Shown here piece after piece: positions 13,801-25,800 of a DNA stretch of 64,000 nucleotides (its first letter is position 1; every line of letters begins with the position of its first letter). The stretch comes from Lingula anatina (lineage: Eukaryota; Animalia; Brachiopoda). Made by a program: the position numbers and the translations under genes. Location of the stretch: NCBI GenBank assembly GCA_051362555.1, contig CM120642.1, positions 2,480,001 to 2,544,000 of the forward strand, in the 5' to 3' direction. The notes under the pieces are model-generated. The model was not told where the DNA came from. It did not search any database and saw nothing but the letters and a program-made list of their open reading frames with translations.

Positions 13801-14568
13801 TTAAACTATATTAAGTCACTGTTAATTCCATCAGTCTTCCACCATGTAATACGCACGGTTTGATAATGATAAAAAAAGTAAACAAATATGGCCTGGAGTA
13901 AACGTTTGTTTGCGAGACCTTTTCCTCGACCCCAACAGAAAGGGCACGAATTTCACTGAAAAGCACCCGTAAAACCGGCCACATAATATCTCTAGGTAGG
14001 TACTACATATATATTACATTCAAGGTTGTTATACATGCATTTTACCCTCAATGTAAAATTTCTACGAGATAAAAAAATAAAACAGATTATTTCAAAATTA
14101 TTAAAAATTGTCTTAAAGCAACTACATGTTGTAGAAACAAATTTTGATCTTAAAGAATCACTACACCATGCACATAATAATTAGAGCCCTTAGTAACAAC
14201 CACTGATTTTGTGTTCACGGGACGGAGGGGGTTTGAGAAAAGGCGGGTTGACAGTGTTGTAGGGTGGGAAATTTTCCCTGGTCGAGGGATTTAAGCTTCC
14301 CTCCACGGAAGAAGCGTGAGGAATAGATCTTAATATTCTATAATTAGAATTAGGCAGCTTGATTCATGGAAGAATACCGTATTAATTGATATTAAGGTGG
14401 GTTCGACTGAGACCCGCTAGTCCCCCTTAGCTCGTTCAAATCTACATTTACAGGTCACTCAAACATATTTATATCTCTGCTGATAGCAAATTCCGGTGCT
14501 TGACACAGCTAGTGGTTAAATGTATTTTCTTGTACTCTGTTATTAAACACTGTAATTTCTTTCTCGGG

Positions 14569-17500
14569 ATGGAGCGTCCTTCAACCAAGCACTTGATAAA
14601 AGCATTTGAGAGCGGCGGAGCCCAAGGGAAAAAGCTTCACGTGCTGATCGTGTACGCGCACCAAGAACCCAAATCCTTCAACGGGGCTTTGAAAGATGTC
14701 GCCGTGGAGGTCCTACGTGAATTAGGACACACTGTGGAGATATCGGACTTGTACGCCCAGAACTTCAACCCTCTCTGTACAAGAAACGACATCAAAGGTA
14801 AGGACCCCTTTTCAATCGTTTTCTAGTTTGACATTTTGTTTTATTTCAGTAAATACAGGTGGCTAGTACTGGCAGGAGAAAAAGGACAGCTTCAATTGGT
14901 AATTTCATCCCATAATTTTGTTGTCAATCCAGTGACCTCTGACATTTTTTTTTATGAATAAGGCCCTTTTGTCGGGAGAGATTTTGTTTATAAACCTTTG
15001 TTAAGAACGTGCTGTCAATCAAATTATTTTCTAGGTTCAAACGTGCTAAAAATGAGATATATTTGAAAATTTCTCCCATACATCTTTGTGTTTTGCTTCT
15101 TTGGGGTGAAAAAGGAAATTTTAATGAACGCATATATAAGCCATCCCTACCCCTGTTGGAAACCACTTTCACACGATTTTAATTTTGATATATATTACCT
15201 ATATAAGCAGTCGAAAAGATAAGTGGATAGAAAACCTTTTATTGAGTAAACACCCAATCTGTTGCTGACAAACAGGCTTATCTTTTACAGAAGAATTTAT
15301 TAAAAGTTATCAGAGGTTGTGTAGGTACCTGTAAATAGAAATTAAATGTTGAACGCTATAAAGAGTTTTAGACGCAGATAAATTAGATCACTTGGGTCAC
15401 ACACACCCCCCTCCACCCTTCAGCTTGAATGCAGACTGAGTCAAACGACATGAAAACATTTCCCACCATCTTCTAAATCGTCCCACCTTGGGTTATCTTG
15501 ATCTTCAGCTGTTATCGTCTCGATTGAAATTAATTTCAATAATATCAATTTCATTTTGGTCAAAAAAAATACGTGTGTAATTTTAAAACTTGTTTTTTGT
15601 TTTATATTTTAGGGGAACTACTAAATCCCAACCACTTCAAGTACTGCCAAGAGACGCAAAATGCTTATAAAAATGGAACTCTCTCTGAAGACATCGTTTA
15701 TGAACAAGAAAAGCTTAATAGAGCTGATTTGGTCATATTCCAATTCCCAATATATTGGATGTCCTTCCCGGCTATCCTGAAAGGCTGGTTTGACCGAGTG
15801 TTTACCTTGGGATTTGCATTTACATATGAAGCAATGTGTGATGAAGGTCTTCTTAAAGTGAGTATAAATTACAATCATTTTAAAAACATCACTATTTGAC
15901 AGTCAAAGTACTGACGACTGTCTGGTGGCACATATGAATGTACTGGTATATGGGGCAAATCATGTGCGTGAAATCTTAAGAATTTACCCTGCAATAAAAT
16001 GTTACTTTACAGAGCATCTCGTTTGTTTGAACAGCATTTTTAAATCTCAGATTAAAAAACTCAGTCAGTGCAGACGTCTCAAAACGGCACTATTTCGTGA
16101 CTCAGATTCATAGAAAAGTCTCAAATTTTACCGTGCTCTGACAGTATTCAGCCGACTGCGGATGCGTTAGTCACATGGAAGTATGCAGCATGAGGAACAT
16201 AATTAACACAGAGGCCTGTAGCCGGCAATTTAAAAAGAGGTCTCATTTTAAAAATTAGACAGCGATCTTTTTACATGAAACCTTCGTGTACCTAGATCAA
16301 ATTTCGCACAGAACAGATCCCCGGTAAACGGGCGCTTCATTCGTTCGATGCAGCAAGTTATCAGAAAACAAATTGACTGAAAATAAGCACAGTTTTGCAA
16401 CTTCAAGCTTCGTGACACTTTTTAATATCGTATACCCTTTATAAATTCTCTCCTCAAAATGCCGAAAGACAAAAATATTATCTTACTATGCCGTTAGAAA
16501 ATCCACTTCAAGTTCTCACTCCCGTGTTTTACACCACTCGACAGCATATGAGGCCACTTCCGGCACAATCATTTCTTCTCCGGTTCCCTTTATTCTCACA
16601 TGTAAATTTAGCCCTATGAGGTAGTAAAACCTTTCCATGTGTATCGTTAAACGTATTTGAAAAAAGGATAAAGGGGTACCCCTTTTGAAGTTATTTCAAT
16701 TAAACACCGTATTTGTATTTGCTATCACACCGATGAAACAAGTTTCGAAACTAATGTCTTCTAATCTTTAAAACTTTTCTTTTAATTCTTTATGGAATGG
16801 CATTTAACCTACTTAAATGCACTTTGCAAATTTTTCTCTTTCAACCTTTTCTCAGTCAATCAGTCGCTCTCACTTTTGTTCTACCTCGTCAGTCCCACAC
16901 TTCTTTTCGTCTGTTTTCAGGGAAAGAGAGCAATGCTTTCCTTCACAACAGGCGGGAGAGAGACGGCGTTCACGACGACAGGGATAATGGGGGACATGGA
17001 GGTTATGTTGTGGCCATTACAGGTACAATACCCAGCGGGTACCAGTACAATTAATTTTTCAGTGACATCACACGTGCACTGATATGACTCTTACATGCGT
17101 CAAGATACTGATGTCGTCGCATTAGGTAGGCTATAGGCCTATACTAAGAGCAATGTGTACGTTGAAATACCAGCTGATGAATTTTTCTACACGTGTACAG
17201 ATTAAAGCCCTAATTGCTTCATTTCCAGCATTCATTTTTGTTGGACTATATTTGGTATTTGAATCCAATGCCTGATGTATATTGCATAAGCTATTTCGTC
17301 TTCTGTACCCAAGGCAATGCTTAGAATTAGACCCAGTTCTCATACCTAGGTCGATCTAGCGGGATCGACCCTTCTCCGATGGGATTCTCACTAAATTGCA
17401 TTCAGATGATGCGTCTTAAATGTCTGGCACGCCTACTGAAGCTGTTAGGGGGTAATTAATTAGGCCTATCGTTTAACATCGGAAATGGGTCGATCCTGCT

Positions 17501-20500
17501 AGATCGATCTAGGTATGGGAATACGGCCTTAGAATAGAATTTTGAGTTACTAAGGTGGGTGCATTTTGCCCAATCAACCGAGATTGAAAAGGACAGGGGG
17601 ATGTATTGTAACTTTTTATCTTAGTTATCATTTCAGGGGAAAGGCCCAAAAAATGTTTGGTAGGTCCCTATTTTACGTACAGGGCGAACGGTGCCATTTG
17701 GTACGGTTTAGAACTATGATAATATTCAGCTAGTCAAAATTCTAATATCACGAGGAGACCATTGGTGTGATTTTTCGGACACCCACTAAATCCGCCACTG
17801 CCATTTAATCGTAGCCTCCTACTAAAATCGAAGTTCACCCAGACCTTTGTATAGATAGGCCCTACATACTCCTTGCTTAGACCAAATTCCATTCGGCATC
17901 TCGCTTGGGCGAACTGGAAATATAGGCCTACCTGGAATTGAATGTCGACACTGGCATGATATACGACGGTAGCTCTGGCATTTTTAAGTACATAAGTATG
18001 ATATTTGTATGCAAGCTAGCCATTAGGCTACCCATATCAAAACACTATGCAATTAGTCCAAGAAATTGGTGCAGAAAAAAGGGTGAATTGTGCGTTTTTT
18101 ACCTACAAGCATGAAATTTGCCACAGTTGTAGATAATGGAATTCTAAGCTTTTTTGGATATATGGGCATGTCTGAAAATTCCAGTATGGCCGCCAAATCC
18201 AATATGGCCGCCACAAATACTCTTTTAAATTAAAACATCTAATATATAGTCCTAAAATGGTTTAGAATATCATTTTATAGCTGGAAAATATCATGCTATG
18301 AATGAATTATCAATATCCGCTTCTACAGGTGTATAGAATTCCAAAATGGCCTCCAAAAGTAAAATAAGCAGTTTACTTACGCAAAATATGCAGCAGTTTT
18401 GTAAAATCATCAAGCACTTACAATTACAAGCATAAAAATTGGCACAGTTATGTAGAACATGATTCTAAGCAACGTTGGATATAGGGGCATGTCTGAAAAT
18501 TCCAATATGGCAGCCAATTTCAATATTGCCCCCAAAATACCCTTTCAAGGTGAAAGTTATTTGTATAGTCTTTTATAAAAATATCATTTAATGGTTAGAA
18601 AATACCATTGTATGTATGAAGTATCAGTATCTGCCACTTAAGGTTTTAAAATTCCAAAATGGCCTCCAAAAGTCAGCAGACCACAACTATTGAATTGTAA
18701 TCACTCGTGAATAGGCATGTGGGCTTTGCAAACTACCTGTATAATCAGCATATTCCTACCTGTGCAGGAGCTATTCTACAGATTTTTTAAAAAACCATCA
18801 AGCATGATACATTTATTATGTACTGAAAACAGTCCTTCTTTTGATAAACCAAAACAAGTAGTTTGACTTTTTGCTCTGGATTCTCATTTAGATCAATTCC
18901 CAGTTAGCAATCTTCTTATATGGCACTCATGAGTGACTCCCCCTTTCTAAGAAAAAAAGTATCGTGCAAAATCCATAATATGTGAAAGAAACACCAGAAT
19001 AACTTAGCCTTAAAGAGGCAAATATAAAAAACTTGGGGTGTACCAATTTTGTCTGTTGGTTATGATTCTTCAGCTAGATCAGTGCATGGCGCTTCATCAA
19101 ATGCTCATAAATATAACAAAAATGACAGCTAATCAAACATACAGGTCTCAACAATTTGGTGTTTTTCATTGGTAAAGTACTAAAAGCGGGGCACATTTGC
19201 ACTCGATAATGTTATGATGTTATCTTGTGCTTCAAAAGTAAATTAGAAAAGCTTCTTATTTAAAAAATTGGCTTTAGTACATTCGCAGTAATGGCTACCG
19301 AGAATTTAGTGAAAGTTTATGAGCAAAGAGATACCTCTTCACACTTCGTGCACTAAAAAAGAAGCACTGATAGGCGCCAAACTTTGGTTTTCATTTGATC
19401 ATTTGGCAACTTGTTTAGTTACAAACTTATACTTTCAAAAAACTGAACATGAAAATAAAAGAATTAAAATCCTCCAGACAGTTAATACATACAAAACTTC
19501 AAAAAACGATGTATTCTGAGGATTACACCAAGAAATTAGTGCAATATGGACTTTGAAAGGTAAAAATTCATGAGATTTTCCGGCATCATTGTCTCTGTGG
19601 GACAATCCAGAATGAAGCCATGAGGAGTATTCACTTACCCAGCTTACAAAATCTACCAGGTAGCTCCTACCACATCTGTTTGTAGTTTTGTGTGCAGTTG
19701 CTAACTGTGGTGAGGGGAGTCAGAAGCATTGGAAGACTGGTGCTATAAGGGTTCACACTAGTAACCTACATCTACTAATATGCCCTTCCACACTTTCATG
19801 TTCCTATGGACCGTCATGCATGTAAACTGAGTCAGAAGCATTGGAAGACTGGTCCTATAAGGGTTCACACTAGTAACCTACATCTACTACTATGCCCTAC
19901 CACACTTTCATATTCCTATTGACCCTCATGCATGTAAACTGATGCTTTCTGGTGTTAAAAACGACCAATGCCTCTTGGTATTTTGTTGGGGAAAGTGGAT
20001 TACATGTAGAAGCTTTAGCTTTAAGGAAATACTGGGAAAGCTGAGGGAAACACAACTACTAGTAAAGCTAGGCACACATTAATGAATGAAAATTATTTAA
20101 CCAAATAAGTAGAAATTTCGGTGTAGCTAGCTGTTATCCTCTGTTGAGATATTGTCCATTTACTAAAGTAAAAGGTTGACCGCCCATAAAATGTGCAACA
20201 CTTACTTGATAAAATAACTTTCGTTAATTTGAAACTTATTTGTGAAAATACCTTGACATTTTCATATCCTTAACATTTATAGAATTGCTGCATGAGGTGT
20301 CACAACTAGACCAAAAGGAGTCCTGTTCCATTTTTTATGGTCATTTGGGTCTAAATGTAACTAAAGGAGCGAAAAACCAAAAAAGAGTAAAGACTGTTGT
20401 CAGTCAGATTATATAGTAGTCTTTTTTTTACTTTAAAAGGGTTTTAGTGGCCGTATTAGAATATTCAGACATGTCCCTATATAACAAATTGCTTAGAATC

Positions 20501-23500
20501 CTGTTCTGTACAATTGAGCCAATTTCCATGCTTGTAGTTTTAAGTGCATGATGAATTCACCATACTGCTGCTGTGAATGGCCTGTTTTTCTTATTTTTGG
20601 AGGCCATTTTGGATTTCTATACACTTAAAGAATCAAATATTGATACTTCATGCATACCATAGTCTTGTCTCTAACCATAAAATGTTATCTTAAGTTATTA
20701 TAGGATTAAATATACTTGAAGTTTTAATTTGAACGGGTATTTGTGTCGGCTATATTGGATTTGGGGACCATATATTGAAATTTTCAGACATGCTCATACA
20801 TCCAAAAGTGCTTGGAATCCTGTTTTACAACTGTACCAAATGCCATGCTTGTAGTTTTTGATGAATTAACCACTCCGCTGGATATCTTGGATTAGTAGAG
20901 TGCGGCTATTTCACAATCAGACGTACACTTTCAAAATTGAGCATGTTACATTGCCTCTAAGTATTATCAAAACCAATCTAGTGCCCACCCTTTGTCCAAT
21001 CTGGAAGATGGCACTAAGGCGGAGCAATCAAAAAATTTTTTTTGAAAATCGGACATAGATTGGCGAAAATATACTAATTTGAATCCCCTAAATACAGCCG
21101 TTTTTAGCTGTTACGAAGGGTCACTGCAGTTGTGTAATAATTTCAGGTAGTGGATATGTAATTTGGTATTGTAATTTATTGCATTTAGTTTGACTAAAGA
21201 TATCAGTTGTGAGGTATAGTGTTGTTTGAAAATCAGTTGGGCATAATATAGTGTAACATATGAGACAAAAGCCATTGAATGTTAAAAGGGAGCTCTGTTA
21301 CGGATTTTTCCGTTTTTAACATAGTTGATTTCAAGGAGCCCCTGAAAGGAAATATTATGCTTGACAATAGCTTTTCTTCAGTAAAATGTGTTTTTAAAGG
21401 TATTTCAATACATTAAAAATTTACTGTGTCCAAATCCATATTTAGTTGAAAATCCCAACAATCCAAAATTGAAAGCACATCTTAACACAAAATTTTGTAG
21501 CGTCCGTCCCCCCTGTAGCAAAAGGATAGCAGTTAATCTTTTTTTAAAACCACACTCAGGCACTTATGCATTTCACTACCCATGATAAAATAATATACCT
21601 AAAAGGCCAGTAGCACGACACACTGTGGATATACCATTTGATTAGTGGTCAAATGTAGCGTCCGTCCCCACCTGTAGCGCCCGTCCCCAATTTGTATTTT
21701 TCACTTTATTAAGGATACACATGCTGAAATGGATTTTAATTAAGTATATTTTGTAAATACTCATTATAATCTATCTAATGTAGGCCAAGGTTGTCACTGA
21801 CGCATTGGTGCATTACTTGTAATGAATAAATGGATACATTTAAAACAATGTTATAATATGAAACAATGTTGTTGTTTTTGCTGCTGTGAAACAACACTTG
21901 TGTACTTTAAAATTGCTACATGTATGAGACGAAGTGACATCACTTGGTTATAGTTTGGACTAAAAAGCCACAGTATATTTTATCCAAGGTAATAGGTTGT
22001 AATTTGTGCATTTGAGCTTGGAACAATGATGGAGCAACATTTATGTTTTTATTGTTGGTGAGGATGGGTAAACTTAGTCAATGTAGAAAAAGAAATGCCA
22101 TGGAAATGGAAGGCATAAGTGAAAGTGCTTTGAAAAAAAAAAAGAAAACAACGAGAAGAACTCAAGAAAGATCCCGCACGTTTGAAAACTGCCAGAGAAA
22201 AGGACAGACTTAGAAAGAAAAAAGAAAGCGAAAAGAAGAGACTTTACTTAATGAATCACTCAATATTAGTAAAAGCTGAAAGAGGAAAGGAAACTAATAG
22301 AATGAGAAAATATAGAAAGAAAATCCGAGAATAAACAAAGATCAGTGCTTTATCAGAAGCAGCTAAAGCAAGAGAGAAAAGGAAAAAATACTTTCAGCCC
22401 AAAGAGAAAGAAACAGAAAGATGAAACTCAGTGAAGAAGCTAAAAAGAAAGAGGTCTTGAGGGGTAAAGCATGGAGACTAAGGGTTCAGTTACAAGATAA
22501 AACACCACAAGGTAAAGACTCAAGCCCGTTTTCATCTTCCTCCACTGAAAAGAGAGCCTTGAAACAAGCAAATAATGCCCTTCAGAGGTCACTGAGAAGA
22601 AAAGCTAAATTTTTAGAAAGGCTAATAAGATCTCCTAGAGTAAACAGCATATTAGAACAGAAATGAATTATAGCAAGCAAGGAAACAAGCAGAAATTTGG
22701 AGATGGGGGAGACCCTTATTCAAAGTATGTCAGAGAATTTGTAATACTGTCAGAAAATATCTCTGGATATGCTCCTGTTATTGATTTGTAAATTTTTTGT
22801 TGAACTGTTTGTATTCATTTTAATACAGTTAATGTTTTGGAATGGGGATATAAAAATGACATGTTTTGGTGTAGCGTCCGTCCCCAAGTGTATTACGTAC
22901 CAAGTCATGAAATTTTGGCACTCTTAACATGTTTTAGGTATTTTATTATGTGTCATTCTTATGGTCAAGTCTTTGTCATATCAAAATAAGAGATTTCAAA
23001 TCATTGATGGAATTCCCTGAATGATCTTAATCACACAACATTTTATTTTTATTTGCAAAAGAAATGAGGCCATGCATCATGCTACCGTACATTTTGGAAA
23101 AAATAGCTCACAGTTGATTGAAATTTTGAGGTTTTCATTGCAAGTACAATTCATGTGTATAAAATTATGCTTATTAAAATAATTATTTTCCAATTATTAT
23201 GTTTTATTCATCACGCGAATGTAATTGACTTGTAAAAATGTAGCGTCCGTCCCCAGTGTGAGACCATTCAGTCATTTTAGTGTCAATCAAAAACAAAGAG
23301 AAACGGTGCAAAAACATTTGAAGGGATTATGCCCAAGATCTATACTAATGTCCTACTGACATTCAAACCTCTGTTTGGTGAAGTTCATATTTGGTCGAAA
23401 ATGGACCATAAAGTGTACATCTGATTGTGAAATAGCCGAGTGCTTTTTACTATTGGCGGCCATTTTGGATTTAATACACCTAAAAAAGCAAATATTGATT

Positions 23501-24490
23501 CTGAATTCATAAGTTGGTGTTTTTTAACCTTTGTATGATATTTACGCCCTTAAAAGACTATATACTTGAAGTTTTAATTAGAAGCCGTATTTTTGGAGGC
23601 CATCTTGGATTTGAAGGCCATTTTTAAATTTTCGGATATGCCCATACATCCAAACTTGCTCAGAATTTCATTTTCCACAAACCTGCCAAATTTTATGCTT
23701 GTAGTTTTAAGTGCTTGATGAATTCCCCATTCAAATGTATATCTTGAATAAATGGTCTGCTTTTTTACTTTTGGCGGCCATTTTGGATTAAATACACCTG
23801 AAGGATTCATACCATGGTGTTTTCTAACCTTTATATGATATTTTAAGTCATTAGAAGACTATGTACTTGAAGTTTTAATTTGAAAAGGTATTTTGGTGGC
23901 CATATTGGATTTGACGGCCATTTTGGAATTTTCAGACATGCCCATATATCCAAATTTGCTTAGAATTTTATTGTCAATAAGTGTGCCAAATTTCATGCTT
24001 GTAGGTAAAAAATGCACAATTTTTCACCAATTTCCTGGACTAAATGGTGTGATGAAAGTGTTGAAAAATATAATGATTTTCTATACATGCTTTTTCATTT
24101 ATACCCTTGTTTGTTATATCTGTTATTATCATTGATGTCATGACAAATCTAACTATCATTTTTACATTTCATTCACAGTTTGGGGTGCTACATTTTTGCG
24201 GTTTGGAAGTACTGGCCCCCAACATAGTTTCTCCTGATTACCTCGACCAATCACAGCGAGAGGCTCTACTTCAAGAATGGGCCACTAGGTTACGCCACAT
24301 AAACCAAGAAAAGCCATTGGATTTCCTCCACCTTGACTGTTTCAGCTCCTCCAAGGGGTTTCAGCTGAGTGACGAGTTCTTGCAGAGCAAACGCGCGACA
24401 GGGGACGTAGCACCCACGGTAGGGCAACACATGGGGAAGAGGTTTGCAGTTGGAAGTATGATTCCACAGAGACTTAATACGAAGGACTAA
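14569..24490 (+). CDS. NQO1: NAD(P)H:quinone oxidoreductase, NQO1-like (flavodoxin-2 fold), copy A, 4 exons, ~295 aa
   Basis: Exons 14569-14797, 15613-15857, 16921-17022 and 24179-24490 (888 nt). Motifs: [70 protein letters not shown] and an NQO1-type C-terminal tail (TVGQHMGK). Intron 3 is inflated to ~7.1 kb by transposons. Exact NQO1 vs NQO2 orthology is unresolved. Confidence 0.9.
17330..17528. mobile_element. PIF/Harbinger-like MITE
   Basis: Imperfect ~42 bp TIRs (catacctaggtcgatctagcgggatcgaccc / gggtcgatcctgctagatcgatctaggtatg) with TTA on both sides (17327-17329, 17529-17531). Absent from the homologous intron position in NQO copy B (~28180). Confidence 0.7.
19717..19940. repeat. Tandem duplication, 2 x ~112 bp
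   Basis: gagtcagaagcattggaagactggt...catgcatgtaaact occurs at 19717 and again at 19829 with few mismatches. Confidence 0.85.
20903..23438 (+). mobile_element. Deleted DNA transposon with 4-bp TSD (Sola-like), nested in the 18053-24043 element
   Basis: 29-bp TIR cggctatttcacaatcaga(c/t)gtacacttt, with TSD AGTG at 20899-20902 and 23439-23442. A decayed K/R/E-rich ORF at ~22096-22740 (..[44 protein letters not shown]..) resembles transposase N-termini. The catalytic domain is not visible. The superfamily call is an inference. Confidence 0.75.
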
Positions 24491-25800
24491 AAGAATTTAA
24501 CCTTTTCTTTGAGAAAGCCCATATTACAACGATCCTTCCAATCTGTTTTGTTAATTTTACACACCAGAGACACGGTTCACAAATTATCTAGGATTAAGTA
24601 AAAGATATAATCTGCTGGACAGAAAAACAACAAGCACAAATAGTGTTCAAATATAGATTTATCATTGTCAAAAGACTTATATCTCAGAGTCAACTTTTCT
24701 GTCCGTCCAGGCATAGCAAATAAACTTTGGACCTTGTGAAAAGGGCCACAAGTGTACTGACACTGTCGAGGTCCAGGCTCACGAATTTGACCAAAAGATT
24801 TAAGATATTAAGTCGACTGTCACATAATAGACACTGTTTAATGATGAGAATTAAAGTAAACAAATATGACCTGGAGTAAACTTGTTTTCCACCTCAACGT
24901 AAGGATATAGGTATGCGATACATACCGAGAGAAAGTAGGGCCTACTCGCATTTAACTAAAAAACACACCCAAAACCGAATATTTAGCGTATATTGCCAAG
25001 GTCACATAACATAGTAAAGTAAATCTTTTGTATGACAGCTTGAGGTTAAAGCAGGACAGATACAGCGAGACTTTAAGTGTTTAAATACCTCATATGGAGA
25101 CAACACATTCAGTGCTTCAGAAACGATTCACCTTTTGTCAAATGACAGATGATAGGCCTACATTGAAAATATTCTAAATGACTGGGGCTTATCGTGATAG
25201 CCAGTTCTTTGGGATTATCTAGGTGTTACTGGTTGCGAGTTATTTACATATTTATATTAAATAAAGGGTTGTTCACCACCTGTAATGTTCCTCAATGTGA
25301 AATTTCTACATGATAAAATATAGAACAGATTATTTTGAAGTGATTCAATATGAATTTTGAAGATCCACTGCGCTATGGAAAAAATTGGAGCCATTATCAA
25401 CAACCACTGATCTTCAATCCCCCCCCCCCCCCCAGGAGGGAAGATCAAGGATATCAGACAAGAGTCAAGTATAGGGTAGGAATGTCGGGTTATCAAACAC
25501 AATGCCCATCTTAAAAGTAAAGATATTATGGTATACGTAAAAAGAACAACGAATTGAAATAATCTGCTATCAGCTTGTTTCATTGTAAAATACGTACGTA
25601 CCATATGCATAACGTGGGTTCGATGGAACCCCGCGAGTCCCCTCCGGGCTCGTTACAAATCTGCGTTTCAGGTCACCCAAATGCATTTGTGCCTGCTCAT
25701 AGCAATTACCGGTACTTGACACAGCCAGTGGTTAAACCAGTAGTGCGTTTAATGTGTTTTCTTGAACTCTGTAATTTTACATTGTTATTTATTTATCGGC

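Larger units (their letters stand above)
18053..24043. mobile_element. Large non-autonomous foldback DNA element with long, internally repeated TIRs
   Basis: The left end ttagtccaagaaattggtg is inverted to the right end caccaatttcctggactaa. ~300 bp subterminal units rich in aaaatggc(c/g)gcc repeat at 18060-18670 and, inverted, at 20450-20900 and 23440-24043. Absent from NQO copy B. Confidence 0.75.

Noticed and set aside
18700-20400. Possible transposase remnant inside the 18053-24043 element
   Set aside because: I could not recover a continuous frame or catalytic motif by eye. A translated search would be needed.
22421-22666. 81-aa basic ORF as an independent host gene
   Set aside because: It lies within TIR/TSD-bounded DNA, has stops and frameshifts upstream, and is best explained as a transposase fragment.
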